Shown: one piece after another, positions 1 to 8,887 of the stretch
How the letters are laid out: each line of letters opens with the position of its first letter
How positions within the stretch are numbered: the first letter of the stretch is position 1
Virus record (IMG/VR): IMGVR_UViG_3300027186_000018
Coordinates: 1 to 28,749 of that record
Length of the DNA stretch: 28,749 nt
Reading direction: 5' to 3' (one strand)
From: a virus
Lineage: Duplodnaviria; Caudoviricetes
The notes under the pieces: generated by a model
What the model was told of the DNA's origin: nothing
What the model saw: only the letters and a program-made list of their open reading frames with translations
The model's database searches: none
Position numbers and translations under genes: made by a program

Positions 1-2
1 TA

Positions 3-665
3 AAGGGTGTTACTAGGCACTGTCAGGTGGCTCCTAACGGCTCTAAGATGTTCATCCAATACACCATACCAGAGCACACGATTGATCTAGGTAACGGTGA
101 CGAGACAAAGTTTCAGATATTGTTTTATAACTCATACGATGGGACATGGTGCTTCACTGTTAGAGCTGGTGCAATTCGTATGGCCTGTCTCAATGGTCAG
201 GTACATGCTAACGACCTGAGTATGTTTAAGTCTAAGCACACACCATCCATCAACCCAGATCATGCTCGACGCAAGATGGTTGAGGCTATCAAGACCTTCG
301 AGGCAGAGGGTGAGCGGTGGTCACGTTGGAAGGAACAGTCTGTTACAAACCGTCACGCCTTTGAATGCTTTGCGGATGCAGCAGGTTGTAAGTTTGTTTT
401 ATCTAGTGAAACGATGAGCATCTACGAGCTGTTAGAACACAAGAGCGTGTACACTAACCGCAGCTTGATGTACATGTGGAACCAGTACACTACCCATGAG
501 CAGAAGTATCTCGGCTCTAACGAATGGGCTATCTATAACGCACTCACTCATTGGTCTACCCATGCACCGGCTGGACGTAAGACTAATGTTAATTCAGAAC
601 TAGCAACAACAGTACGTAGGCAGGACTCGGTACGTGGTGCTGTTGTACGGAGGTTAGCAGCATGA
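3..665 (+). CDS. DUF932-like phage protein, probably 5'-truncated by the window edge
   Basis: The frame is open from base 3 (KGVTRHCQVAPNGSK...). The motifs NSYDG, AIRMACLNG, KSKHT and C-terminal WAIYNALTHWSTH match my recollection of DUF932. Confidence 0.7.
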   Translation, partial: KGVTRHCQVAPNGSKMFIQYTIPEHTIDLGNGDETKFQILFYNSYDGTWCFTVRAGAIRMACLNGQVHANDLSMFKSKHTPSINPDHARRKMVEAIKTFEAEGERWSRWKEQSVTNRHAFECFADAAGCKFVLSSETMSIYELLEHKSVYTNRSLMYMWNQYTTHEQKYLGSNEWAIYNALTHWSTHAPAGRKTNVNSELATTVRRQDSVRGAVVRRLAA

Positions 666-820
666 ATGACTACGAGAAAATAGACTGGATTAGCTTTGCG
701 ATTCAAGAGGCTATGAATGGTAATCTAGGAGAATTGAGCAGAGCCTTGGAGCTTGTAGAAATGTTGAGAGAAAACCATGAGCATTTAAAATTTGAAGATA
801 ATTTTATAGGAGCAGAGTAA
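662..820 (+). CDS. hypothetical protein, 52 aa (MNDYEKIDWISFAIQEAMNG...), not in the ORF track
   Basis: ATGA overlap with the upstream stop, GGAGG upstream, TAATG overlap with the next gene; fills the gap exactly. Confidence 0.75.
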   Translation: MNDYEKIDWISFAIQEAMNGNLGELSRALELVEMLRENHEHLKFEDNFIGAE

Positions 821-1092
821 TGAAAATTGATACAGCAAAGATTGACCTAGACGCAGACTTTATTCTTCAGGCTTACACAAGAGAGTATAAGAATATAAAT
901 AACGTGTATAAACAGACAGGCAAGAAGGATATAATTGCCTGTATTACTACATTCAAACATTATGAAGAGCCAGCAGAACAACTTCAAGGTATATTAGATT
1001 TGAGGGAGGCGCTGATTAGGGCATACGAGTTCTACCCTGATGGTGAGGTAGTTGTGGAGTTAATTATAAAGGATGAGATGGTGAACTCATGA
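820..1092 (+). CDS. hypothetical protein
   Basis: 90-aa ORF, AGGAG RBS, coupled to both neighbours. Confidence 0.75.
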   Translation: MKIDTAKIDLDADFILQAYTREYKNINNVYKQTGKKDIIACITTFKHYEEPAEQLQGILDLREALIRAYEFYPDGEVVVELIIKDEMVNS

Positions 1093-1346
1093 AATTTGAT
1101 ATAGACTGGGACACAGTAGAAGGAATAGGAACAGAGTACGTTAAGCATTCTTACGTTATGCTGCTGGAAATAATTCAGGGCCATGATCCTGACAATGAAA
1201 AGCACCAAGCAGAGCTTATGAAAGATGAGTGGAGGGTTGAATGCTTTGAAACTGTTTTAAAATACATACTACCTGAAGGAGAATCACATGAGTTTATTGC
1301 GGGACAAAGGCAGAAACATCTTAACCAGATTGACCTCTTTAATTAA
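1089..1346 (+). CDS. hypothetical protein
   Basis: 85-aa ORF with ATGA overlap. Confidence 0.75.
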   Translation: MKFDIDWDTVEGIGTEYVKHSYVMLLEIIQGHDPDNEKHQAELMKDEWRVECFETVLKYILPEGESHEFIAGQRQKHLNQIDLFN

Positions 1347-1362
1347 AGGGGTTTGGGAAGAC

Positions 1363-1458
1363 ATGACAGCAGGTGAGTTAAGTGAGAAGGAAATAACTTA
1401 TATTAAAACATCTGCTGTTGTGTTATTATTATTTCTTTATGTATGGGTGACAGTATGA
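1363..1458 (+). CDS. small membrane protein, 31 aa (MTAGELSEKEITYIKTSAVVLLLFLYVWVTV), not in the ORF track
   Basis: Hand translation shows a hydrophobic C-terminal half. Its TGA overlaps the ATG at 1455 (ATGA). Confidence 0.55.
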   Translation: MTAGELSEKEITYIKTSAVVLLLFLYVWVTV

Positions 1459-2090
1459 AAGTAGAGTTGATTGATTTGATGGGTGGGGACTTGACTGTTG
1501 TAAACAGTGCCAGAGTTTCCTTTGATAAGATAGCATCTAAAGTTAAGGAGTCAGACCAGAAGTTGATCAGGTTCCTAGCAGCACATGACCACTGGACTCC
1601 ATTCGGACACGTTCAGGCACAGTTTAGAATCAAGGCTCCGGTATTTGTTGCGAGGCAGTTGGTTAAGCATCAGGTGGGCATGGTCTGGAACGAAGTGAGC
1701 CGTCGATACGTAGATACTGCGCCAGAGTTTCATGCTCCAGAGGGTTGGAGAAAACGTGCGCCAGATAAGAAACAAGGTTCACTTAATGAAACACTTGACA
1801 ACGACTCTCTAGTGTACAATGCCTACTGGGACTTGATGACTAGATCAGAAGAGCTGTATGATTTCATGTTGGAAAAAGGTGTAGCCCCTGAACAAGCCCG
1901 TATGATTCTACCGCAGTCCATGATGACTGAGTGGATTTGGACAGGCTCACTGGTTGCATTTGCTAGGGTTGTTAAGTTAAGATCCAGCGACGATGCACAG
2001 TATGAGTGTCAACAGATAGCAAACAGGATTAAAAAAGAGTTAGACAACACCCCACAAGTTGAGTATTCTTGGAGAGAATTATGTCAATAG
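1455..2090 (+). CDS. thyX: flavin-dependent thymidylate synthase ThyX
   Basis: Motifs VNSARVS, HWTPF, RQLVKH...NEVSRRY, PEQARMILPQ and LR...AQYE. Start placed at 1455 (MKVELID) because of the ATGA coupling; 1443 is the alternative. Confidence 0.95.
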   Translation: MKVELIDLMGGDLTVVNSARVSFDKIASKVKESDQKLIRFLAAHDHWTPFGHVQAQFRIKAPVFVARQLVKHQVGMVWNEVSRRYVDTAPEFHAPEGWRKRAPDKKQGSLNETLDNDSLVYNAYWDLMTRSEELYDFMLEKGVAPEQARMILPQSMMTEWIWTGSLVAFARVVKLRSSDDAQYECQQIANRIKKELDNTPQVEYSWRELCQ

Positions 2091-2272
2091 GCAATAGGAT
2101 TTTTGTACACGACACTGTTAAGATCAATATCAAGAGATCACTAGCGGGTGAAACTCAGTCTAAAAATACTTGGGACATTACGATAACAGATGATAGAGGT
2201 GAAAACGTTACTATCTATTGTTGGGGTGATGATGCTATACTTACGGGAGATCTTACAGGAGAGGGTGTATGA
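2081..2272 (+). CDS. hypothetical protein
   Basis: GGAG at 2071 precedes ATG 2081 (MSIGNRIF...), which is preferred over the TTG at 2069. Confidence 0.65.
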   Translation: MSIGNRIFVHDTVKINIKRSLAGETQSKNTWDITITDDRGENVTIYCWGDDAILTGDLTGEGV

Positions 2273-2511
2273 CAGCAGACGAGGAGGGTTGGATTGAAGG
2301 TATGGCAGACTTCTATTCATCAGTAGATGACGCATGGGCATACGCTTTTGTTATGAGCTTAGGCACACGTACCCCCAGTGACGAGATGAAACAAAAGTTT
2401 ATTGAGTTCGTTTCATCCACACTCATGGGTATAGACGGCGACCTTTCTTGTAGCACTGATGACATCATCAACATGATCCCTGACTTCATTGAATACTTAG
2501 GAGACTGGTAA
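2269..2511 (+). CDS. hypothetical acidic protein
   Basis: 80-aa ORF, RBS and ATGA overlap. Confidence 0.7.
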   Translation: MTADEEGWIEGMADFYSSVDDAWAYAFVMSLGTRTPSDEMKQKFIEFVSSTLMGIDGDLSCSTDDIINMIPDFIEYLGDW

Positions 2512-2711
2512 TGGGTGGCACAATAAGAGTATCCAAGAAAGACTTTTTTGATTTTAAATTAAAACACGAATGGCTCTTGTACTCTGATAAAATATTGACT
2601 AAGCTACACACTATTGAAGAAGACGGTACGTATGTGATAAGCTTTGGTGATGGCATTTCCGAAGATGCTTATGAGCTGTACAATAAATTCATAACTGAAA
2701 AAGGAGAGTGA
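2511..2711 (+). CDS. hypothetical protein
   Basis: 66-aa ORF, AGGAG RBS, TAATG overlap. Confidence 0.7.
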   Translation: MGGTIRVSKKDFFDFKLKHEWLLYSDKILTKLHTIEEDGTYVISFGDGISEDAYELYNKFITEKGE

Positions 2712-2765
2712 CTAAGTTGAACCGTGGCAAACTAGATAACCAAACTACTAATAAGGAAACGACCT

Positions 2766-3242
2766 ATGAAAACTATTGATGGAATCCCCCAGATCATTGA
2801 AGGTGTATCTTACTACGCACACCTTGGAAAACCTGTGGCTGACTATGCTGAGAAGCAACAAGCTGGATCAGGTAAGTTCGGATGGGAAATCAATCTTGCT
2901 GTAAGCGATGAAGTCTTTGAAAAGTTTCAACGCGCTGGCTTTAATGTAGGGTTACGCCCTGCTGGAAAGAATAACTACACGGAAGATAATGTTATTACTT
3001 TCTACAAGTATCATCTGAACTACAACGGTACAGAAAACTCTGCGCCTATTGTAGTAGACGTTGAGAAGAACCGATTTGAAGATATGATTGGCAACGGTTC
3101 TAGGGTTGCGGTACAGTGGTCGGCTATGCCTTATGCTAAAGGAAAGTATAAGCGGCCTATCGTAAACGCTGTTCAAGTTCTGTCCTTAGTTGAGACAGGC
3201 GGTGCAGCAACACCATTCACAGAAGAAGAGGTAGCATTTTAA
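2766..3242 (+). CDS. single-stranded DNA-binding protein (T7 gp2.5-like)
   Basis: IGNGS motif, VNAVQVLSLVE strand and an acidic tail ending in Phe (EEEVAF); lies upstream of the primase-helicase. Confidence 0.75.
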   Translation: MKTIDGIPQIIEGVSYYAHLGKPVADYAEKQQAGSGKFGWEINLAVSDEVFEKFQRAGFNVGLRPAGKNNYTEDNVITFYKYHLNYNGTENSAPIVVDVEKNRFEDMIGNGSRVAVQWSAMPYAKGKYKRPIVNAVQVLSLVETGGAATPFTEEEVAF

Positions 3243-3243
3243 T

Positions 3244-3477
3244 ATGACTCAATTCACATACAAAACAGAAGATGGTTTGTACGATGCAGAGAAGTTGAAC
3301 TATGATGCTAAAGTAGCATTCAACTATCTTGCAGAAGTACAGGCTGAGATTCAGAGCTTGACTAAAAGGATCGACGTTCTTAATGCAGCCGCTAAGACTT
3401 ACAATCAGATGGTGCAAGATAACTTAGACCCTGAAGCCTTAGTAACTGAAGAGGAAAGTACAACAACCGAGGACTAA
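3244..3477 (+). CDS. hypothetical coiled-coil protein
   Basis: 77-aa ORF with a heptad-like centre and acidic tail. Confidence 0.7.
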   Translation: MTQFTYKTEDGLYDAEKLNYDAKVAFNYLAEVQAEIQSLTKRIDVLNAAAKTYNQMVQDNLDPEALVTEEESTTTED

Positions 3478-3480
3478 AGG

Positions 3481-5145
3481 ATGACGATTGTTCAATCACA
3501 CCTACCATGTCCTGAATGCGGAAGCAGTGACGCACTCTCTATCAATGATGATGGGAGTGCTTACTGTTTTTCTTGCACAGGATACACCAAACAGCACAAC
3601 AATCCGCAAGGAAGACCAACAATGGAAGTAGTGAACAACAACGAGCCTATTTATTTTGCAGATGAAGGACAATATGCTGCCCTTAAAGATAGAGACATAT
3701 CATTAGAGACAGCTAAGAAGTTCGGAGTTAAAGTAACCTTTGATCAACAAGGAGAAATATACAAACACATCTATCCCTACTACGCAGACAACGAAGTCAT
3801 AGCACGTAAGACTAGGTTCGCCCAGAACAAGAGCTTTGCGTGGGCAGGTGTAGGAAATAAGGCAGGGCTATTCGGTCAGAACTTATTTAAAGACGGAGGT
3901 AAGTACATAACGATCACTGAGGGTGAGTGCGATGCGATGGCAGCGTATGAACTACTAGGATCTAAGTGGCCCGTAGTTAGTATTAAGTCAGCGTCTACTG
4001 CTGAACGAGATGTTAAAGACAACCTTGAGTACCTTGAAAGCTTTGAGAATGTGGTCATTGCTTTTGATAGTGACAAGGCAGGGAAGGAGGCAGCACGTAG
4101 AGTTGCTCGCTTATTGAAGCCTAGCAAGGCTAAGATACTTACCATGCCAGAGGGATATAAAGACCCCAACGACATGCTACGAGCTAACCTGCACACAGGC
4201 TTTGTTAGATGCTTCTGGGATGCTAAGACCTACACGCCTTCAGGTGTGATGAATGTCTCAGAGAACCGTGACAAGTATAAGAACAGAGAGAAGAGAGAGT
4301 CAGTACCTTACCCTTGGCAAGGATTGAACGAGAAGCTAGAGGGTCTGAGGCAGGGTGAGCTTATCACTTTGACCGGCGGTACAGGCTTAGGTAAGTCTAG
4401 TGTAACCCGCGAGCTAGAGCACTGGCTCATCAAGCAGACTTCAGATAACGTAGGAGTGATTGCGTTAGAGGAAGACTGGAGAAGAACCATTGATGGTATC
4501 TTATCTATAGAAGCTAACGCAAAGTTACACATCGATAGAATACGAGAGCAGTTTACTAACGAAGAGTTAGATCAGTTCTTTGATGTGCTATACGATGGCG
4601 AGAACAGAAACAGGGTATGGGTACATGCTCATCACGGTGCTAACGACATTGATTCTATATTCAGCAAGCTACGCTTTATGATTGTAGGTTGTGAATGTAA
4701 GTGGGTAATCGTTGACCACCTTCACATGCTTGTATCAACCAGCATTGAGGGAGATGAGCGCCGTTCTATTGATGCTATCATGCACAGACTGAGGACGTTA
4801 GTAGAGGAGACAGGAGCTGGTATCATTCTTGTATCACATCTACGTAGGATTGATGGCAACAAGGGACATGAGAACGGTATTGAGACTGGCCTCAGCCACC
4901 TCAGAGGATCTCAGAGTATCGCTCAGTTGTCTGACTGTGTACTAAGTCTTGAACGCAACCAGCAATCAACAGATAATGTTGAAGCCTCTACCACACGGGT
5001 CAGGATTCTAAAGTCTAGATACACTGGTGACGTTGGACTGGCTACTCACTTGCTATATGATAATGAGACTGGTAGGCTGGCAGAGATCGAGACAGATGAC
5101 ATCACTAATAACAGTGAAGAAGAAGTCGTATTAGGATTTGAATAA
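3481..5145 (+). CDS. DNA primase-helicase (T7 gp4-like)
   Basis: Zn finger CPEC...CFSC, TOPRIM motifs (ITEGECD, FDSDKAG, KDPND), Walker A GGTGLGKS, DHLH, LRGSQSIAQLSD and KSRYTG. Confidence 0.97.
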   Translation: MTIVQSHLPCPECGSSDALSINDDGSAYCFSCTGYTKQHNNPQGRPTMEVVNNNEPIYFADEGQYAALKDRDISLETAKKFGVKVTFDQQGEIYKHIYPYYADNEVIARKTRFAQNKSFAWAGVGNKAGLFGQNLFKDGGKYITITEGECDAMAAYELLGSKWPVVSIKSASTAERDVKDNLEYLESFENVVIAFDSDKAGKEAARRVARLLKPSKAKILTMPEGYKDPNDMLRANLHTGFVRCFWDAKTYTPSGVMNVSENRDKYKNREKRESVPYPWQGLNEKLEGLRQGELITLTGGTGLGKSSVTRELEHWLIKQTSDNVGVIALEEDWRRTIDGILSIEANAKLHIDRIREQFTNEELDQFFDVLYDGENRNRVWVHAHHGANDIDSIFSKLRFMIVGCECKWVIVDHLHMLVSTSIEGDERRSIDAIMHRLRTLVEETGAGIILVSHLRRIDGNKGHENGIETGLSHLRGSQSIAQLSDCVLSLERNQQSTDNVEASTTRVRILKSRYTGDVGLATHLLYDNETGRLAEIETDDITNNSEEEVVLGFE

Positions 5146-6953
5146 TGAGCAGACTTGTATTTGATATTGAGACGGACGGTCTTGATGCTACTAAGATATG
5201 GTGCATCGTGGCTCAAGATGTAGAATCTAAAACGATATACAGTTACGGCCCTAATCAGTTGGATGAGGGATATGCCTTGCTTAACTCTGCTGACTCTCTT
5301 GTAGGTCACAATGTAATAGGCTTTGATATACCTGTTGTACGCAGGTTAATGAACCAGCCTAACTTTGCTGCCGACAAGCAGATAATAGACACTCTTGTTT
5401 TATCTAGACTATTCAACCCAGTTAAAGAAGGGGGTCACAGCCTCAATCAATGGGGACATACTCTAGGGTTTAAGAAGGGTGACTTCAAAGAGTTTGAGGC
5501 TTACTCAGCAGAGATGCTAGACTATTGTATACGAGACGTAGAACTAAATACTCAAGTGTACTACGCCCTCAAAGAATTGAGCAGAGGTTTCTCTCCTGTA
5601 TCAGTCAACCTTGAACATAAGGTAGCTGATATAATGAAGCAGCAAGAAGCTCATGGCTTTTACTTTGATGGCATGAAAGCAGAGCTTCTGTTAGCTGAGA
5701 TACGTGAGCGTATGCAAGTAGTAGAAGCAGAGACTAAGGAAGTGTTTCTTCCTAAGATAATAAAACAAAAGTTATATCCTCGCTATACTATGGCTGGTGC
5801 TATCTCTAAAATTGCAGATAAAGAAGAAGCCTACAACCTCAGACACTTTGATGATGAAGCAGCGGATGCTATCTCAGGTGTCCGGTTAACAGAAGAAGAG
5901 CATGAACTGTTCGCTGAGAAGAACCATGAAGTCCCATTGCATATTACTAGGACAACATGTATCGAGCTTAACATTGGATCTCGTAAGCAGATTGGAGAGT
6001 ACCTTCAAGACTTTGGGTGGAAGCCTACTGAGTTAACTGTTCACGGCAGACCAGTTGTTAACGAGAAAACTCTCAGTAAGATACAGGGCATACCTCAAGC
6101 AGAGCTAATCAAAGAGTTCTTTCTGCTTCAGAAGAGAGAAGGTCAGATTAAGTCTTGGCTAGAGAAGGTAGAGGACGATAGCAGGGTACATGCTTTTGTA
6201 ATACCTAACGGTACTATCACAGGTCGCATGTCTCACAAGTCTCCTAACATGGCACAGGTTCCTAACTTAGGTTCTAAGTACGGAGCAGAGTGCCGGTCTT
6301 GTTGGACTGTGCCCAAGGGATACAAGCTGGTAGGCATTGATGCTTCTGGTCTAGAGCTACGAATGCTTGCTCATTATATGGATGACAAGGAGTACACAAA
6401 TGAAATCCTTAACGGAGACATACACACCGCTAATCAAAAACTTGCAGGACTTGAATCAAGAAATCAGGCTAAGACTTTCATATACGCATTGCTCTACGGA
6501 GCAGGAGATGAAAAGCTCGGAAGCGTGGCTGGAGGAGGTAAGAGGACTGGTGAAAAACTTAGAAAATCATTCTTCGATAATCTACCATCATTCGCAACTC
6601 TTAGAAATAAAGTTGCAAGAACAGCGACAGAAAGAAGCTACCTCAAAGGTCTAGATGGCAGGAAGATTCCTATCCGCAGCGAGCACTCAGCACTTAATAC
6701 TTTGTTACAAGGCGCTGGTGCTATCATCATGAAGCAAGCAGTTGTTATATTAAACGACAAGATCAAAGACTTAGATGCACACTTTGTAGCTAACGTACAT
6801 GATGAATGGCAGATAGAAGTAAGAGAAGACTTAGCTGATACAGTAGGTAAGCTTGGTGTTGAGGCAATCATTGAAGCCGGTAAGGTTCTTAAACTTAAAT
6901 GTCCTCTTGATGGGGAATACAAAGTAGGAGATAACTGGAGTGAAACTCATTAA
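5145..6953 (+). CDS. polA: family A DNA polymerase with 3'-5' exonuclease (T7 gp5-like)
   Basis: Exo I DIETD, Exo II HNVIGFD, Exo III YCIRD, TITGR, motif A DASGLELR, motif B RNQAKTFIYALLYG and motif C VHDE. Confidence 0.97.
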   Translation: MSRLVFDIETDGLDATKIWCIVAQDVESKTIYSYGPNQLDEGYALLNSADSLVGHNVIGFDIPVVRRLMNQPNFAADKQIIDTLVLSRLFNPVKEGGHSLNQWGHTLGFKKGDFKEFEAYSAEMLDYCIRDVELNTQVYYALKELSRGFSPVSVNLEHKVADIMKQQEAHGFYFDGMKAELLLAEIRERMQVVEAETKEVFLPKIIKQKLYPRYTMAGAISKIADKEEAYNLRHFDDEAADAISGVRLTEEEHELFAEKNHEVPLHITRTTCIELNIGSRKQIGEYLQDFGWKPTELTVHGRPVVNEKTLSKIQGIPQAELIKEFFLLQKREGQIKSWLEKVEDDSRVHAFVIPNGTITGRMSHKSPNMAQVPNLGSKYGAECRSCWTVPKGYKLVGIDASGLELRMLAHYMDDKEYTNEILNGDIHTANQKLAGLESRNQAKTFIYALLYGAGDEKLGSVAGGGKRTGEKLRKSFFDNLPSFATLRNKVARTATERSYLKGLDGRKIPIRSEHSALNTLLQGAGAIIMKQAVVILNDKIKDLDAHFVANVHDEWQIEVREDLADTVGKLGVEAIIEAGKVLKLKCPLDGEYKVGDNWSETH

Positions 6954-7290
6954 TATGAAACAACAAAACTTATTTGAAAACATAGAACCTCACAAGCTGC
7001 ACAGGAAAAATGATCCTCAGACAAGTAGAGAGGCTGCTTATTCAGTTTCACATTCACTGGGAAAAACAAGATCTTTTGTTTTAGGCTTAATTGAAGAAGC
7101 AGGTAATAAGGGAATTACGGTTAAGGAAATGAGCAAAAAGTCTCCTGATGTATGTTATACTGCTCTATCTCCACGACCCGCTGAGTTAGAAAGATTAAAT
7201 GTTATTTTTTATAAAGGAGATAAACGAGACGGGTCAAGAGTTATTAGGCACATAAAGTATAAGGAGAACATCTCTAATGAAACCAACTAA
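6940..7290 (+). CDS. hypothetical protein, possible winged-HTH DNA-binding protein
   Basis: RKNDPQTSREAA followed by GITVKEM...SPRPAELER, a wHTH-like pattern. AGGAG lies 9 nt before the GTG. Confidence 0.55.
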   Translation: MKLINMKQQNLFENIEPHKLHRKNDPQTSREAAYSVSHSLGKTRSFVLGLIEEAGNKGITVKEMSKKSPDVCYTALSPRPAELERLNVIFYKGDKRDGSRVIRHIKYKENISNETN

Positions 7291-7585
7291 AATAACAAAC
7301 GATAAACCTAAGCACGACTCAAGCAGGATCGGAGATCTAGCAGAGCACTACGCCGTTACTTGGCTGTGGGATAATGGATACCACGTATTCAAGAACTGCG
7401 GATGCACCGGCCCTATAGACATTGTTGCCTTAGACCCACAAGGAAAAGTAACACTGATAGATGTTAAGTCTTATAAAGATGGTAGGCTGGCAGGAAAGAC
7501 ACCGCTTCAAAAGAAACTTAACGTACAGTACCTCCACTATAACTCCCTCACACGCAAGTGTAGGTTCGTAAGGCACCGCAAATGA
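7277..7585 (+). CDS. small PD-(D/E)XK endonuclease (Hjc-like fold)
   Basis: GDLAE...L...GYHVF...DIVA...LIDVKS active-site pattern. Confidence 0.75.
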   Translation: MKPTKITNDKPKHDSSRIGDLAEHYAVTWLWDNGYHVFKNCGCTGPIDIVALDPQGKVTLIDVKSYKDGRLAGKTPLQKKLNVQYLHYNSLTRKCRFVRHRK

Positions 7586-8442
7586 AAAACTTAGACACAT
7601 TAATATCTGACATATACACTGTACTTGACGGCCTCAACAGTGACAAAGGGGTGGACATACCTGAAGAACTAATGGAAGAGTTTCTTGTTAACGCAAGAGA
7701 AGCTCTTGAAGGCTGGTCAACCCCTCACCTACAGTCTAAGACAGTACGTATGTCTAATGTAGGAAGGCCGCTGCGCCGCGTGTGGTACGACATGCAGGAC
7801 ACACCCCTTACAAAGGAGCGTATGCAGCCGTCAACCTTTATTAAGTTCCTGTATGGTCATCTCCTTGAGTCTGTTGCTATCCTCCTCATCAAGCTGTCAG
7901 GGCATACCGTTACTGACATGCAGAAAGAAGTAGAGGTTGATGGTATTAAAGGTCACATGGACTGTAAGATTGATGGAGAGGTAGTTGATATTAAGACAGC
8001 CTCTAACTTCTCTTTTAAAAAGTTTTCCTCTGGTGCGTTGGTTGACGATGATCCCTTCGGTTACATGGCACAGCTTGCTGGGTACGAGGAAGCAGAAGGT
8101 ACAGAGGATGGCGGCTTCTTCGCTATCAACAAGGAGACAGGAGAGATCTGCTTGTTCAGACCGGGACAGCTATCCAAGCCTAACATTAGAACAAAGATAA
8201 GCAATATCAAAGATAGCTTAGAGGTAGATGAACCACCTTCTATTTGTTATCCTCCTATTGCAGAGGGTAAGAAAGGTAATCTACGGCTCGCTTCTGGCTG
8301 CGTCTACTGTCCTCACAAAGCTAAGTGCTGGAAGGACTCTAACAATGGAAGCGGTCTTAGGGCTTTTAAATATTCTAACGGCGTTAAATATTTTACCAGA
8401 GTAATATCACAACCTAACGTTCTGGAGATTGCGTTACGATGA
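7582..8442 (+). CDS. Cas4/RecB-like PD-(D/E)XK exonuclease
   Basis: GHLLE, GHMD, DIKT, Y..QL.GY and C-terminal CVYCPHKAKC. Confidence 0.85.
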   Translation: MKNLDTLISDIYTVLDGLNSDKGVDIPEELMEEFLVNAREALEGWSTPHLQSKTVRMSNVGRPLRRVWYDMQDTPLTKERMQPSTFIKFLYGHLLESVAILLIKLSGHTVTDMQKEVEVDGIKGHMDCKIDGEVVDIKTASNFSFKKFSSGALVDDDPFGYMAQLAGYEEAEGTEDGGFFAINKETGEICLFRPGQLSKPNIRTKISNIKDSLEVDEPPSICYPPIAEGKKGNLRLASGCVYCPHKAKCWKDSNNGSGLRAFKYSNGVKYFTRVISQPNVLEIALR

Positions 8443-8717
8443 ACAGAAGATTATCCAAAAGAGTTAGCAAGAAAGCTTTAGACATATCAGTAGAGTGGCT
8501 CAAGAGCTTGTTGTCAGACGCAGAAGCTGCTAAGGTTAATGCCAAGAATATACCTAAAGACAATCCATATACTTTTAAAAATGGTACAGCTTTTTCAATG
8601 CCATACTCATACAGAGGTGCTAAGGCTATTATCAAAAGGCTACTAAAAACAATGCCGTTAGATTCAATCACCACTCAAGACATTGAAGAAGTAGTTAGAA
8701 GGACTCAGCGATCTTGA
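8439..8717 (+). CDS. hypothetical basic protein
   Basis: 92-aa ORF with ATGA overlap. Confidence 0.7.
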   Translation: MNRRLSKRVSKKALDISVEWLKSLLSDAEAAKVNAKNIPKDNPYTFKNGTAFSMPYSYRGAKAIIKRLLKTMPLDSITTQDIEEVVRRTQRS

Positions 8718-8887
8718 TCACAACGCTTCCAGATATAGACACAGAACCAGAGATAACAATTGTAGAGCTTGCTCGCTTTTTCTTAGGAAGCAACGGCAGC
8801 ATTGGTGAGGTTCCTACAGAAGTTATACAGCAGCTATTAGTTCTGTTAGAACTGGAAGTTATAAAAAGAGAAGGGGTTATACATTGA
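8714..8887 (+). CDS. hypothetical protein, 57 aa (MITTLPDIDTEPEITIVELARFF...), not in the ORF track
   Basis: TTG start with AAGGA about 10 nt upstream and TTGA overlaps at both ends; fills the gap exactly. Confidence 0.65.
   Translation: MITTLPDIDTEPEITIVELARFFLGSNGSIGEVPTEVIQQLLVLLELEVIKREGVIH

Noticed and set aside
1795-1820. TTGACA...TACAAT sigma70-like promoter inside thyX
   Set aside because: The spacer is only 14 bp, too short for a canonical promoter.
2712-2765. Possible promoter in the gap before the SSB gene (TTGAAC)
   Set aside because: There is no acceptable -10 element at 16-18 bp, and I found no repeated phage-promoter consensus elsewhere.
7582-8442. Cas4-like gene as evidence of a CRISPR-Cas system
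   Set aside because: No array or other cas genes are present; solo Cas4-like nucleases are common in phage replication modules.
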